A DNA stretch of 64,000 nt from Chitinophaga pinensis. GTDB lineage: Bacteria; Bacteroidota; Bacteroidia; Chitinophagales; Chitinophagaceae. The notes beneath the pieces were generated by a model. It ran no database searches, was not told where the DNA came from, and was given only the letters and a program-made list of their open reading frames with translations. Position 1 is the first letter of the stretch. Every line of letters starts with the position of its first letter. This document shows, piece by piece, positions 10,201-18,075 of this stretch. Where the stretch lies: assembly GCA_945874755.1 (NCBI GenBank), contig CAMCHR010000003.1:1541-65540 (forward strand), written 5' to 3'. Made by a program: the position numbers and the translations under genes.

Positions 10201-10254
10201 TTTAACACCCCCGATAATAAATATCGTTATCAATTCAAATTGCTAAAATTCTAG
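7222..10254 (+). CDS. Large surface protein with tandem Ig-like domains and a T9SS type-A C-terminal sorting domain
   Basis: Signal peptide; repeated (P)xGGE...IxW...YSxDxGxxW...YxWxxP domains; three GGxxDG-type motifs; C-terminal IKIDPNPFTD...GYYLFIF...FKLLKF. Confidence 0.75.
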   Translation: MKKLYYILCIFCFLLGHIASWSQAIVLEKPTKTSVWPAYSIQKIAWNAANIENIKIEASLDSGRNWVTVLESYPASAGYYEWEVPNKVSDSCYIRVSDVQNPNSSSTNFKNNPFRIPAPTLSLESFENSYNAKQLLPILWNSTGIKKVNIYLSYDNKVSFKKIVSNVSANSYSYNHILRDTIAGNCFIVVVDSANNNVSDTSRTSFSVLSAIIGRFSKYKGGRFDGYASKNNLPQIIQLTSPNNYDSLIGGQKITIKWNGNNLDNIDLLYSIDSLKTWKIIDSNISGQAIGYDWKIPNIPTSYGKIMVRDAKNNALYDISDTCFMIRKKTLSLNAITDRVYKKAVYPIYWSGVGIDKLKIYLGNTLIADSINANNETYNWAVPPNLTNGLFIKVIDLSDSTILDSVQINNAVNLPISSPFKNKSGNYDGHSYKSNLKGMVNIVYPNGGESISKSAKINLKWTSSDIDYLKLYYSLDSGNNWILADSTLVANLGYYIWKLPNTISSKVLTKLVYSSDDSILDYSNSTFTIVDKELSLDLDKKNWKKNSINQIKWSVFGVDSLSLSYKEKDSTKWTKISRNISTSAELYNLYIPNVVSKFIEIKVVDYIDSLLVVVDTIQLMESADTLKQSAYKFKGGKFDGHSFKSNINKIIINKPVANEILVSGKPYTLNWDYINLNDTVLLQYSLDSGRTWINIEKVSAMLGTYEWSIPLSSNSGNSIGMNGESRIVSLGTTAINSDMCMIRVLDIKAGNEIVGLSKGIFSIKPNVSLVKSVVTFASIADIKWTGNTINNKLLATSNSNNPVKYFIISGSNASISKDSVIIIGAGAVTIGCYDEGNESYSRSDTVKQTFCVNPITPIISRDVNNNLVSSATYGNKWYKADALMSDTTQLIKPITNSTYSVSTTQNTCASSLSNAYYYLVTDILILEDKQYIKIDPNPFTDHAILRFALKGYNRLQLEVFQISTGNKILSKSNLNDQSNIQLGQISNGYYLFIFNTPDNKYRYQFKLLKF

Positions 10255-10300
10255 TGCTACACTACCCAGCATATTCCTGGTTCGAAATACCAAAAAAATA

Positions 10301-10430
10301 TTAGTTCACAATCGAAATCACCGTAGTATCTAATTACTCATAGATACTATTATTACTGATGTATTCTGGAACAAGTTCCTTCATTTTACCCACCAAAAGC
10401 ATTTCATCCTTGGTGGTTGTAAGAATGGTT
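10301..10430 (-). pseudogene. Stranded 3'-end fragment of a capD-type nucleotide-sugar dehydratase gene
   Basis: 110/130 ungapped identity (counted by hand) to 49121-49250. Translates TILTTTKDEMLLVGKMKELVPEYISNNSIYE*LDTTVISIVN*, with an internal stop. Confidence 0.9.
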
Positions 10431-10445
10431 TATATAAGTTCAATT

Positions 10446-10472
10446 CGGAAGAAGACAGTGCGATCCAAGCCA
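10446..10472 (+). repeat. Degenerate copy of the intergenic GCGAAGC-hairpin repeat
   Basis: cggaagaagacagtgcgatccaagcca versus cagaataagacagtgcgagcgaagcga (26956-26982): 22/27 identical. Confidence 0.45.
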
Positions 10473-10494
10473 TTTGCCGCCAAGTAGTTCTATT

Positions 10495-11643
10495 CTATAA
10501 CATACTTGTGCCTGCCTCAATGGATGCTATATAATGGCTAAGCCGTTTTTGCGTATGTTTTTCATATAATGGTTCCAGCATGGTTACTAAACTTTCAATG
10601 GCTTCTTCTTTCACTATATTAATAGTACAGCCACCAAAGCCGCCGCCCATCATGCGTGCGCCTAAAACAGCTGGATGTCCTTTTACCTGGTCTACTAAAA
10701 AATCAAGTTCAGGGCAACTCACTTCATACAATGATTTTAGCCCTTCATGTGTTGCAAACATTTTTTTTCCTAGTGCTTCAATATTACCATTTTCTAAATC
10801 GGCGCATGCGCTTATCAAACGTATATTTTCTTCAACCACATATTTACAACGATTATAAATTAAGATATCCTTAGGCAGTACATATTTTTCAAGCATTTCA
10901 ATAGTTGCATCCCTTAACGAATTGACTGTTGGCTCCTGTTGTTGTATCCATGTAATGCCTTGTTCACATTGTATGCGACGTGTATTATACTCCGAACTTG
11001 AAAGCTGGTGTTTTACATTTGTATTTAATAAAAGAATTTTATATCCTTTTATATCCAATGGCACATATTCATATTCCAAGGAACGACAATCTAATTTGAT
11101 AACATGGTCTTTCTTTCCAAAAAGTGAAGCGAACATATCCATTAACCCACAGTGAACGCCTGCAAAATCATGTTCAGCTTTTTGTGCCATAAAAGCCATT
11201 TGTATTCTTGTGAATTGCAAGCCGAATAACTCATTAAAAGCAAATAAAGTGGCACATTCTAAAGCGGCTGAACTTGAAAGGCCTGCGCCAATTGGGATAT
11301 CTCCGTCTATTAGCAAATTACATCCCCCTAATTCCACCCCTGTTTTTTGTATCTGGTCAATTACACCTAAAATATAATTGGGCCATCCTAAAGTTGTAGT
11401 TTTAATTTCCTTCAAACTAATTTCAAAATCCTGATTAAAAGCAGTTGCATACATCACTACTTTATTGTCGGTACGTTTTGCGATAGCTACATACGCTGCT
11501 TTATCAATTGCAGCAGGTAATACAAAACCATTGTTGTAGTCGGTATGCTCACCTATTAGATTGACTCTACCTGGTGAACGCACAATTAAACAAGTGGTTC
11601 CAAACTTTTTTTGAAAGGCTGCTTCGATATCTAATTTTTTCAT
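10495..11643 (-). CDS. galK: Galactokinase
   Basis: PGRVNLIGEHTDYN, PIGAGLSSSAALE, GARMMGGGFGGC. Confidence 0.95.
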   Translation of the reverse strand: MKKLDIEAAFQKKFGTTCLIVRSPGRVNLIGEHTDYNNGFVLPAAIDKAAYVAIAKRTDNKVVMYATAFNQDFEISLKEIKTTTLGWPNYILGVIDQIQKTGVELGGCNLLIDGDIPIGAGLSSSAALECATLFAFNELFGLQFTRIQMAFMAQKAEHDFAGVHCGLMDMFASLFGKKDHVIKLDCRSLEYEYVPLDIKGYKILLLNTNVKHQLSSSEYNTRRIQCEQGITWIQQQEPTVNSLRDATIEMLEKYVLPKDILIYNRCKYVVEENIRLISACADLENGNIEALGKKMFATHEGLKSLYEVSCPELDFLVDQVKGHPAVLGARMMGGGFGGCTINIVKEEAIESLVTMLEPLYEKHTQKRLSHYIASIEAGTSML

Positions 11644-11708
11644 CCCTGTATTATGTCAATTAATAATGAAACTTAAAATTAATTGATTTATTCCTTAAAA
11701 TTTAAATA

Positions 11709-13943
11709 CTACTTTATTAATTCAAAGCTGTCTTTTAAACGAATGTCAGCCGACGAAGCGCCAATCATAATATCAAAATCACCCGGTTCTGAATCCCAAA
11801 CTAATTTTGCATTGTAAAAGGAAAGCTTCTCATTATTAATCAAAAATTTTATTTTTTTACTTTCACCCGCACTCAAGAAAACTTTTTTAAAGTCCTTAAG
11901 CGACTTAACAGGCAATACAAGAGAACCTACTTTATCACGTAAATACAATTGCACAATCTCTTCTCCAGCATACTTCCCTGTATTAGTAATAGTTACACTT
12001 ACTTCCAAGGTTTCCTTTTTAGTAAACTGATGCTTACTTAATTTTAAGTCGCTATACTCAAAGCTTGTATAACTTAATCCAAAACCAAAAGGGAATTTAG
12101 GATGAATACTTAAGTCAATATAAGAAGAATTGTAAATATGGTTCGTGTCAGACACTGCAGGACGGCCTGTATTAAAGTGGTTATAATAAATAGGAATTTG
12201 CCCAACACTTACAGGAAAAGTCATTGGTAATTTAGCAGCAGGATTATAGTCACCAAATAAAACATCGGCAATTGCATTACCTGCTTCACTACCTAACCAC
12301 CAAGTATATAAAATTGCAGGTGCATTGTCGGCAGTATAATTAAATACTAATGGGCGTCCTGCATTCACTAAAACCACAACAGGCTTGCCAGTTGCCAAAA
12401 GTGCTTTTAACAAGTCCTCTTGCACACCTGGTATAGCAATATTTGCTTTACTTTTTGCTTCACCACTCATGTCTCTACGTTCGCCAATACTAAGTATTAC
12501 CACATCGGCTTGCAATGCAATATTAATAGCTTCTGCAAAACCAGCTTTGCTATCCCCTTCAATGTCACAACCCTGCGCAAATAACAAATTAGTAGTCGCT
12601 CCTACTTTATTTTGTACCCCTTCCCATTGGGAAACTATAAAATTAGAATCTACACCCGGTATTTCAATATCCCAAAATCCTTTGTTTTGCTTTAATGGTT
12701 TTACTAACGGACCAATAAAAGCAATTGTTTTTAACTGTTTGGATAAAGGCAATAAATTATTTTCATTTTTTAAAAGCACAATACTCTTTGCTGCCATTGA
12801 ACGCGCAGCAGCTGTATGACTTGCGTTATTCAAAGCCAATTTTTCTCTTTCTACATTTGAAAACTTATAAGGGTTATCAAATAAACCTAGTTCAAATTTC
12901 TTTAATAAAATCCTGCGCACCGCATCATCAATGTATGTAACGGGCACTTTTTTATCCTTCACTAATTGTTCCAAGTTATTTTTATAACTTCTACTTTCCA
13001 TATCCATATCACTTCCGGCAGTAATTGCACTTAATGCCGCTTCATAATCGTTCTTTGCAAAACCATGATTCACTAATTCATTAATTGAACCCCAGTCACT
13101 CACTACAAAACCTTTAAAACCCCACTTGCCTTTTAAAATTGTTCTTTGCAAATAACTATTCCCTGTGGCAGGTACGCCATTAATATCGTTGAAGGAATTC
13201 ATGAAACTAGCCGCGCCTGCATCCAAGGCAGCTTTAAACGGTGGCAAATAAATTTCCCATAATTGGCGATCACTCATGTCCACCGAATTGTAATCACGTG
13301 CACCCACCGCCGCACCATAGGCAGCAAAATGTTTCACACAAGCCATAACAGCGTTGGTGTCTCCAAAATGTGCGCCCTGAAAACCTTTCACCCTAGCTGC
13401 AGCAATTAAGGAACCTAAATAAGTGTCTTCGCCAGCCCCTTCCATCACACGGCCCCAACGTGGATCACGTGCAATATCAACCATTGGCGCAAAAGTCCAA
13501 TGAATGCCACTTGCACTAGCTTCTGTAGCAGCAACACGTGCAGCCAATTGAATCGCATCTAAGTCCCAACTAGCCGCTTCGGCTAAGGGAATAGGGAAAG
13601 TAGTTTTATACCCGTGTACTACATCCTGACCAAATAATAAAGGAATTTTTAAACGCGATTGCATCGCTATTTTTTGCCAGCTTCTAGTGCGCTCGCTACC
13701 TAACACATTTAATAAGGAGCCCACTTGGCCTGCCTTAATTTGACCAATTTTATTATTATCAACGGTCACCGGACCTGTTGCTAAATTGTTATCGTTGTAT
13801 TGGTTTAACTGCCCTACTTTTTCTTCGAGCGTCATTAGCTTCAAAACAGAATCAACTTTCTGACTATTGGTTTTTTTTTGCGCACTAATAGAAACAGAAA
13901 ATACAAAGGTCAAAAAGAATAATACAAGAATTTTATGCATCAT
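11709..13943 (-). CDS. bglX: Periplasmic beta-glucosidase, GH3
   Basis: RDPRWGRVMEGAGED, KHFAAYG, GFVVSDW nucleophile motif, FPFGFGLSYT, and a C-terminal Fn3-like domain. Confidence 0.92.
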   Translation of the reverse strand: MMHKILVLFFLTFVFSVSISAQKKTNSQKVDSVLKLMTLEEKVGQLNQYNDNNLATGPVTVDNNKIGQIKAGQVGSLLNVLGSERTRSWQKIAMQSRLKIPLLFGQDVVHGYKTTFPIPLAEAASWDLDAIQLAARVAATEASASGIHWTFAPMVDIARDPRWGRVMEGAGEDTYLGSLIAAARVKGFQGAHFGDTNAVMACVKHFAAYGAAVGARDYNSVDMSDRQLWEIYLPPFKAALDAGAASFMNSFNDINGVPATGNSYLQRTILKGKWGFKGFVVSDWGSINELVNHGFAKNDYEAALSAITAGSDMDMESRSYKNNLEQLVKDKKVPVTYIDDAVRRILLKKFELGLFDNPYKFSNVEREKLALNNASHTAAARSMAAKSIVLLKNENNLLPLSKQLKTIAFIGPLVKPLKQNKGFWDIEIPGVDSNFIVSQWEGVQNKVGATTNLLFAQGCDIEGDSKAGFAEAINIALQADVVILSIGERRDMSGEAKSKANIAIPGVQEDLLKALLATGKPVVVLVNAGRPLVFNYTADNAPAILYTWWLGSEAGNAIADVLFGDYNPAAKLPMTFPVSVGQIPIYYNHFNTGRPAVSDTNHIYNSSYIDLSIHPKFPFGFGLSYTSFEYSDLKLSKHQFTKKETLEVSVTITNTGKYAGEEIVQLYLRDKVGSLVLPVKSLKDFKKVFLSAGESKKIKFLINNEKLSFYNAKLVWDSEPGDFDIMIGASSADIRLKDSFELIK

Positions 13944-13995
13944 TGTGATAGGTTGTGACTAATGAACAAGGGCGTTATAATAAGGGGTTATGAGG

Positions 13996-15012
13996 CTATT
14001 GATACACCCTCACGTAATCAATTTCAAATGTGGTACTAGTGAATGATGGATCAATAGCACCACCTAAATTACCACCCATTGCAATATTTAAAATCATGAA
14101 GAAGTTTTGATTGTAAGGGATTGAAGCGCTATTTGGAAGTGTATGGAATAACTTATCGTCTACAAATATTTGCATGGATGTAGGTGTCCATTCTAATTTG
14201 TATACATGAAACTCGGTTGTTGCAGTTGGAACCATTGTCGTTGCTACTTTAGCATTGCCGCCGAAGTATACAGGATAATGAAATGCAGAAATAATTTTAT
14301 TTAAATCTCTACCAACATGCTCCATGATGTCTATCTCACCACATGCAGGCCAAGAAACAGTACTAAAATTGTCCCCTAACATCCAAATTGCAGGCCATGT
14401 ACCAACACCAGCAGGTAATTTTGCTCTAACTTCTACTTTACCATATTTGAATGAGTACTTACCCTTACTTAATAATCGTGCAGAGGTATACTGATTTGAA
14501 GAAAAGGCTTCTTTCTTAGCAACAATTTTCAAAGTACCATCTGTCACATAAGAATTATCTCTGCGATCTGTATAATACTGAGATTCATTGTTACCCCAAC
14601 CACTTCCACCTTGGTCATAGCCCCATTTATTGCTATTGGGTGCCCCTGGTGTATCAAATTCATCAGACCAAACTAAGGACATACCAACAGAAACAGCAAT
14701 GTCTATTGATTTTGAAATTGTTGCATTAGAGCTACTTTTCGCTGTCACTTTCACCGTGTAATTTCCAGATGTTGCATATTTATGATTAATCGTCCCAGAA
14801 GCAATAGTTTCAAAAACACCATTTCCAAAATCGTATTCATAACTCACTGCATTTGTTGCAGATGATGCAAAGGAAACATTACCACTATTATCTGGATTCA
14901 CAGTTGCATTAACCACCAAATTAGTTGGAGTTAAAGCGGGGGTTGTACCCCCGCTTTTATTACATGAAAGTAACCCGAAACTTATTAAACATAAAAATAT
15001 AACTACTCTCAT
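13996..15012 (-). CDS. PKD + GH16 endo-beta-1,3-glucanase lipoprotein
   Basis: Lipobox LLSC, PKD domain, LVWSDEFD, WPAIWML, catalytic EIDIMEH, IDYVRVYQ. Confidence 0.9.
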   Translation of the reverse strand: MRVVIFLCLISFGLLSCNKSGGTTPALTPTNLVVNATVNPDNSGNVSFASSATNAVSYEYDFGNGVFETIASGTINHKYATSGNYTVKVTAKSSSNATISKSIDIAVSVGMSLVWSDEFDTPGAPNSNKWGYDQGGSGWGNNESQYYTDRRDNSYVTDGTLKIVAKKEAFSSNQYTSARLLSKGKYSFKYGKVEVRAKLPAGVGTWPAIWMLGDNFSTVSWPACGEIDIMEHVGRDLNKIISAFHYPVYFGGNAKVATTMVPTATTEFHVYKLEWTPTSMQIFVDDKLFHTLPNSASIPYNQNFFMILNIAMGGNLGGAIDPSFTSTTFEIDYVRVYQ

Positions 15013-15018
15013 TAATCT

Positions 15019-15936
15019 TTATTTTACTTTAAACATTTGGTACCATGCGTTGCCGTCAGCGCCAATTGTTCTTAATGTCATGGTAGTGCTAGTAATTGCG
15101 ATAATTTCATACATATTACTTCCAGCTCCAACCATCACTAAACCATTTCCTGGAACTGAGAATTGAATTCTTGTAGAAACTGCAGCTGTACTGTTTGAAG
15201 TTGCATTCATGAATGAAAGTCTTTTAACACCTAATGTTGTAATTGGAAATTGACCTTCTCCGCCAGTTAAACCATAGTACGTTACTGCATCTTTTAATAC
15301 AAATGTATTGCCTTTATTGTCTAAATTAATAGACACATTGTTATTAGCGTCTTTAGAGAAAGTAACTTCATCATCATAAGTTCCATCAGCAACTCTTTCA
15401 TTAGGAGCAGCAGCATACCAACTAGGGAAGAATGTTTCGTTCGCACCTTGACTAGGGCCAGGGCCTACACCAAAATGACCTGGTGCAGCTTTATCAGCGA
15501 CCCAAACCTTAGATGCACCACCAGTTAAATTAGTAAGGATAGTTGTTGGAATTTCAAACGCCACAAATACCGTTACAGCCTTGCTCATTGTTGAAATAAT
15601 ACCACCCGTTCCAATTGCGTTTACAGTGATAGTATACTTTGCTACACCAGGTGTGGTATACTTATAAGTAATCTTACCAGAAGGCACCAATGCTATATTA
15701 CCGTCTCCAAAGTCAACATTATAGGTAATTGCATTGGTCGCAGTTATGTTGATTGACACAGCGCCAGTACCGTTACCGGTAGGATTCGCATTGTCTACAC
15801 CAACAACAGTTGTTGTTAATGCTAAGCCAGAAGGTGTTTTCATTGCTCCGAAAGAATATTCTTCTTTCTTACAACCTGTAATACTAAGTACCACAAGTAA
15901 AGAAAACAACCCAATTATTTTATATAAATTTTTCAT
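15019..15936 (-). CDS. PKD-domain surface lipoprotein (probable glycan-binding protein of the PUL)
   Basis: Lipobox ITGC, PKD-like YNVDFGDG, GHFGVGP..WYAA motif; located between susD and the GH16. Confidence 0.7.
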   Translation of the reverse strand: MKNLYKIIGLFSLLVVLSITGCKKEEYSFGAMKTPSGLALTTTVVGVDNANPTGNGTGAVSINITATNAITYNVDFGDGNIALVPSGKITYKYTTPGVAKYTITVNAIGTGGIISTMSKAVTVFVAFEIPTTILTNLTGGASKVWVADKAAPGHFGVGPGPSQGANETFFPSWYAAAPNERVADGTYDDEVTFSKDANNNVSINLDNKGNTFVLKDAVTYYGLTGGEGQFPITTLGVKRLSFMNATSNSTAAVSTRIQFSVPGNGLVMVGAGSNMYEIIAITSTTMTLRTIGADGNAWYQMFKVK

Positions 15937-15953
15937 TGCTTACTATTTAAAAA

Positions 15954-18053
15954 TTAATTAAGTTTTATATCATCAAAGTAAAAGGTAAAATTAGCAGAAC
16001 CATCCCCAACTGTACCTAAATCAAAAATGAGTACAATTTTTTGATAAGAATTAGTGGTGCTAATTGCGCTATAGTCAAAAGTGATTTCTTCCCACTCGTT
16101 CGCTTTTGTCGTTGCTACTTCTTTATCAAAAGCGATAGTATCATCAGTTAGGTTCTCCACTTTTAATAAAAGCTTCGCGCCTACTCTTGGAGAATACACT
16201 TTAACTTTAAAAGTTTTATTTGTTGAAAAATCTATGCGGCTATCTAAAGTGATATAACTACCACCCCAAGATTGTCCAGCACCTTTCACCATTTTAGCTA
16301 CTTTGGCAGTTGTATTGATAGAACCGCTAGCAGGATTGTTTACAATTGTAACCGCTCCACCGTCAAAATTAGTAAATGCATAATTGATTGTTGAAGATTC
16401 AAAAGTCAATGGCAATGCAATCGCGTTAGCGTTTACTGGAACACCAAATTGAACATCATCCCAATAGAATACTTTTCCTGAACCAGCATTACCAAAATCA
16501 AAGAAGATAGATGCTTTATTTAAAGTATACGCTGTATTTAGTGCAGCAGTACCTGTTGCTTGATTGCTAAAATCAAATACCAATGTTTCCCACTCATTTG
16601 CTTTAGTAGTTAGAGCATCCGTTTCAACTGATTTAGTATTATCGTCCTTGTCTTCAATTTTCAATCTTATTTTCAATCCAACTGCTGGAGAATACACCCT
16701 TACGCTCATAGTTGTTGCTGAAGATGTAATTGGAATTTTACTTGCAAAACCAGTAGGTGTTCCAATGGTTGTACCAGCCCAAGTTTCAGCACCATTTGGC
16801 TTAGTTGTTTTCTTCACCTTATTTGAACTAGATGTAGGATCAACAGCATCAATTGTAGCGTTATTACCAAAGTCAGTTACTGCATAATTCACGGTCGTTG
16901 CATCAAAAGTAACAGGTAAATTAATTTGAGATAAAACAGCAGCAGCTGGCTTCATCTTTAAGTCATCCATGTAGAAGACTTTACCAGAACCGCCATTACC
17001 AAAATCAAAGAAGATAGATGCTTTATCATAATTATTCGCAAAATTAACAGCTGGCGTACCTGCTGATTGATTTGCAAAATTAAATTCCAATACTTCCCAA
17101 GCATTTGCTACAGTTGTTACAACATCTGTTTCAACAGCAATATTAGCATTGTTATGATCCTCCACTTTTAATTTTACTGTGATGCCTGCTGCAGGAGAAT
17201 ACACTCTTGCTTGCATTGTAGTTGCACCAGACTTAAGTGGGATTGCTTTTGCTAAACCCAAGTTTGTGCTCATTGTTGTACCAGCCCAAACCTGAGCACC
17301 TGCAGTTTTTACCACTTTCATTACTTTATTAGCAGCATCTTTAGGATCTGCAGCAATTGAGCTTGCAGCACCATCAAAGTCACCAAAAGTATAGTCATAG
17401 TTTACATCATCAAAGCCAATTGGTAAATCGATTTGCTTACCTACCTTAATTGTCTTAACCACTTGTGAACTTGCAGCACCACCGCTTAATGCAACTACTT
17501 TCACATCATATGTTCCAGCTTTTGCATAAGTATAAGTAATAGGCTGACCTTCGATGAATGTTTTAAAAGGAATTGGAGTCACATTGTTAGAGTCTCCAAA
17601 AAACACTTTGTAATAAGTTTCATACAAAGCAGTTGCATCTACTGTTAATGCAAGACCATTTTGAGTTAAAGTCATTTTTAAATCTTCAGGTGCTTTGAAT
17701 GACACTGTTAAGTCTTGTGTCACTTCGGTTTTAACACCTAAGCTATTGTACCCTACAACTTTAACTTTATGCACACCTTCAGCGTATTGGTGCACCGTAT
17801 TTTTACCTGGCAATACTTTAACCGGAGTCTTGGTATTGTCACCATAATATACTTCATAATAAGTAGCCCCTTCACCGTTAGGCGTAATTGTCACCATACC
17901 AGTATTGTCTTGAGTAATATCATATAAGGCAGACAGTTTAGCCGAGCTAGATACACTATCCAAAAATGATATATCATTAAATAAGTCTTTTTGGCAACCA
18001 GCTAAGAATATTAGCGAGCAACAAAGACCAATTATAAATTTATTTGTTTTCAT
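15954..18053 (-). CDS. Surface glycan-binding lipoprotein with PKD domains and three tandem carbohydrate-binding-like repeats
   Basis: Lipobox LAGC; three ~160-aa repeats (LPxxF[DE]...GA[QE]xW[AG]G...VYSP...NxWE...FDxG). A 33-bp identical stretch occurs at 16487-16519 and 16994-17026. Confidence 0.75.
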   Translation of the reverse strand: MKTNKFIIGLCCSLIFLAGCQKDLFNDISFLDSVSSSAKLSALYDITQDNTGMVTITPNGEGATYYEVYYGDNTKTPVKVLPGKNTVHQYAEGVHKVKVVGYNSLGVKTEVTQDLTVSFKAPEDLKMTLTQNGLALTVDATALYETYYKVFFGDSNNVTPIPFKTFIEGQPITYTYAKAGTYDVKVVALSGGAASSQVVKTIKVGKQIDLPIGFDDVNYDYTFGDFDGAASSIAADPKDAANKVMKVVKTAGAQVWAGTTMSTNLGLAKAIPLKSGATTMQARVYSPAAGITVKLKVEDHNNANIAVETDVVTTVANAWEVLEFNFANQSAGTPAVNFANNYDKASIFFDFGNGGSGKVFYMDDLKMKPAAAVLSQINLPVTFDATTVNYAVTDFGNNATIDAVDPTSSSNKVKKTTKPNGAETWAGTTIGTPTGFASKIPITSSATTMSVRVYSPAVGLKIRLKIEDKDDNTKSVETDALTTKANEWETLVFDFSNQATGTAALNTAYTLNKASIFFDFGNAGSGKVFYWDDVQFGVPVNANAIALPLTFESSTINYAFTNFDGGAVTIVNNPASGSINTTAKVAKMVKGAGQSWGGSYITLDSRIDFSTNKTFKVKVYSPRVGAKLLLKVENLTDDTIAFDKEVATTKANEWEEITFDYSAISTTNSYQKIVLIFDLGTVGDGSANFTFYFDDIKLN

Positions 18054-18075
18054 TTTCTTTTATTTAATTAATGAT

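Noticed and set aside
10276-10293. cctggttcgaaatacca as a tRNA T-arm remnant (attR of the tRNA-Arg island)
   Set aside because: Only the GTTCGA core matches; the flanks do not match the tRNA-Arg 3' end.
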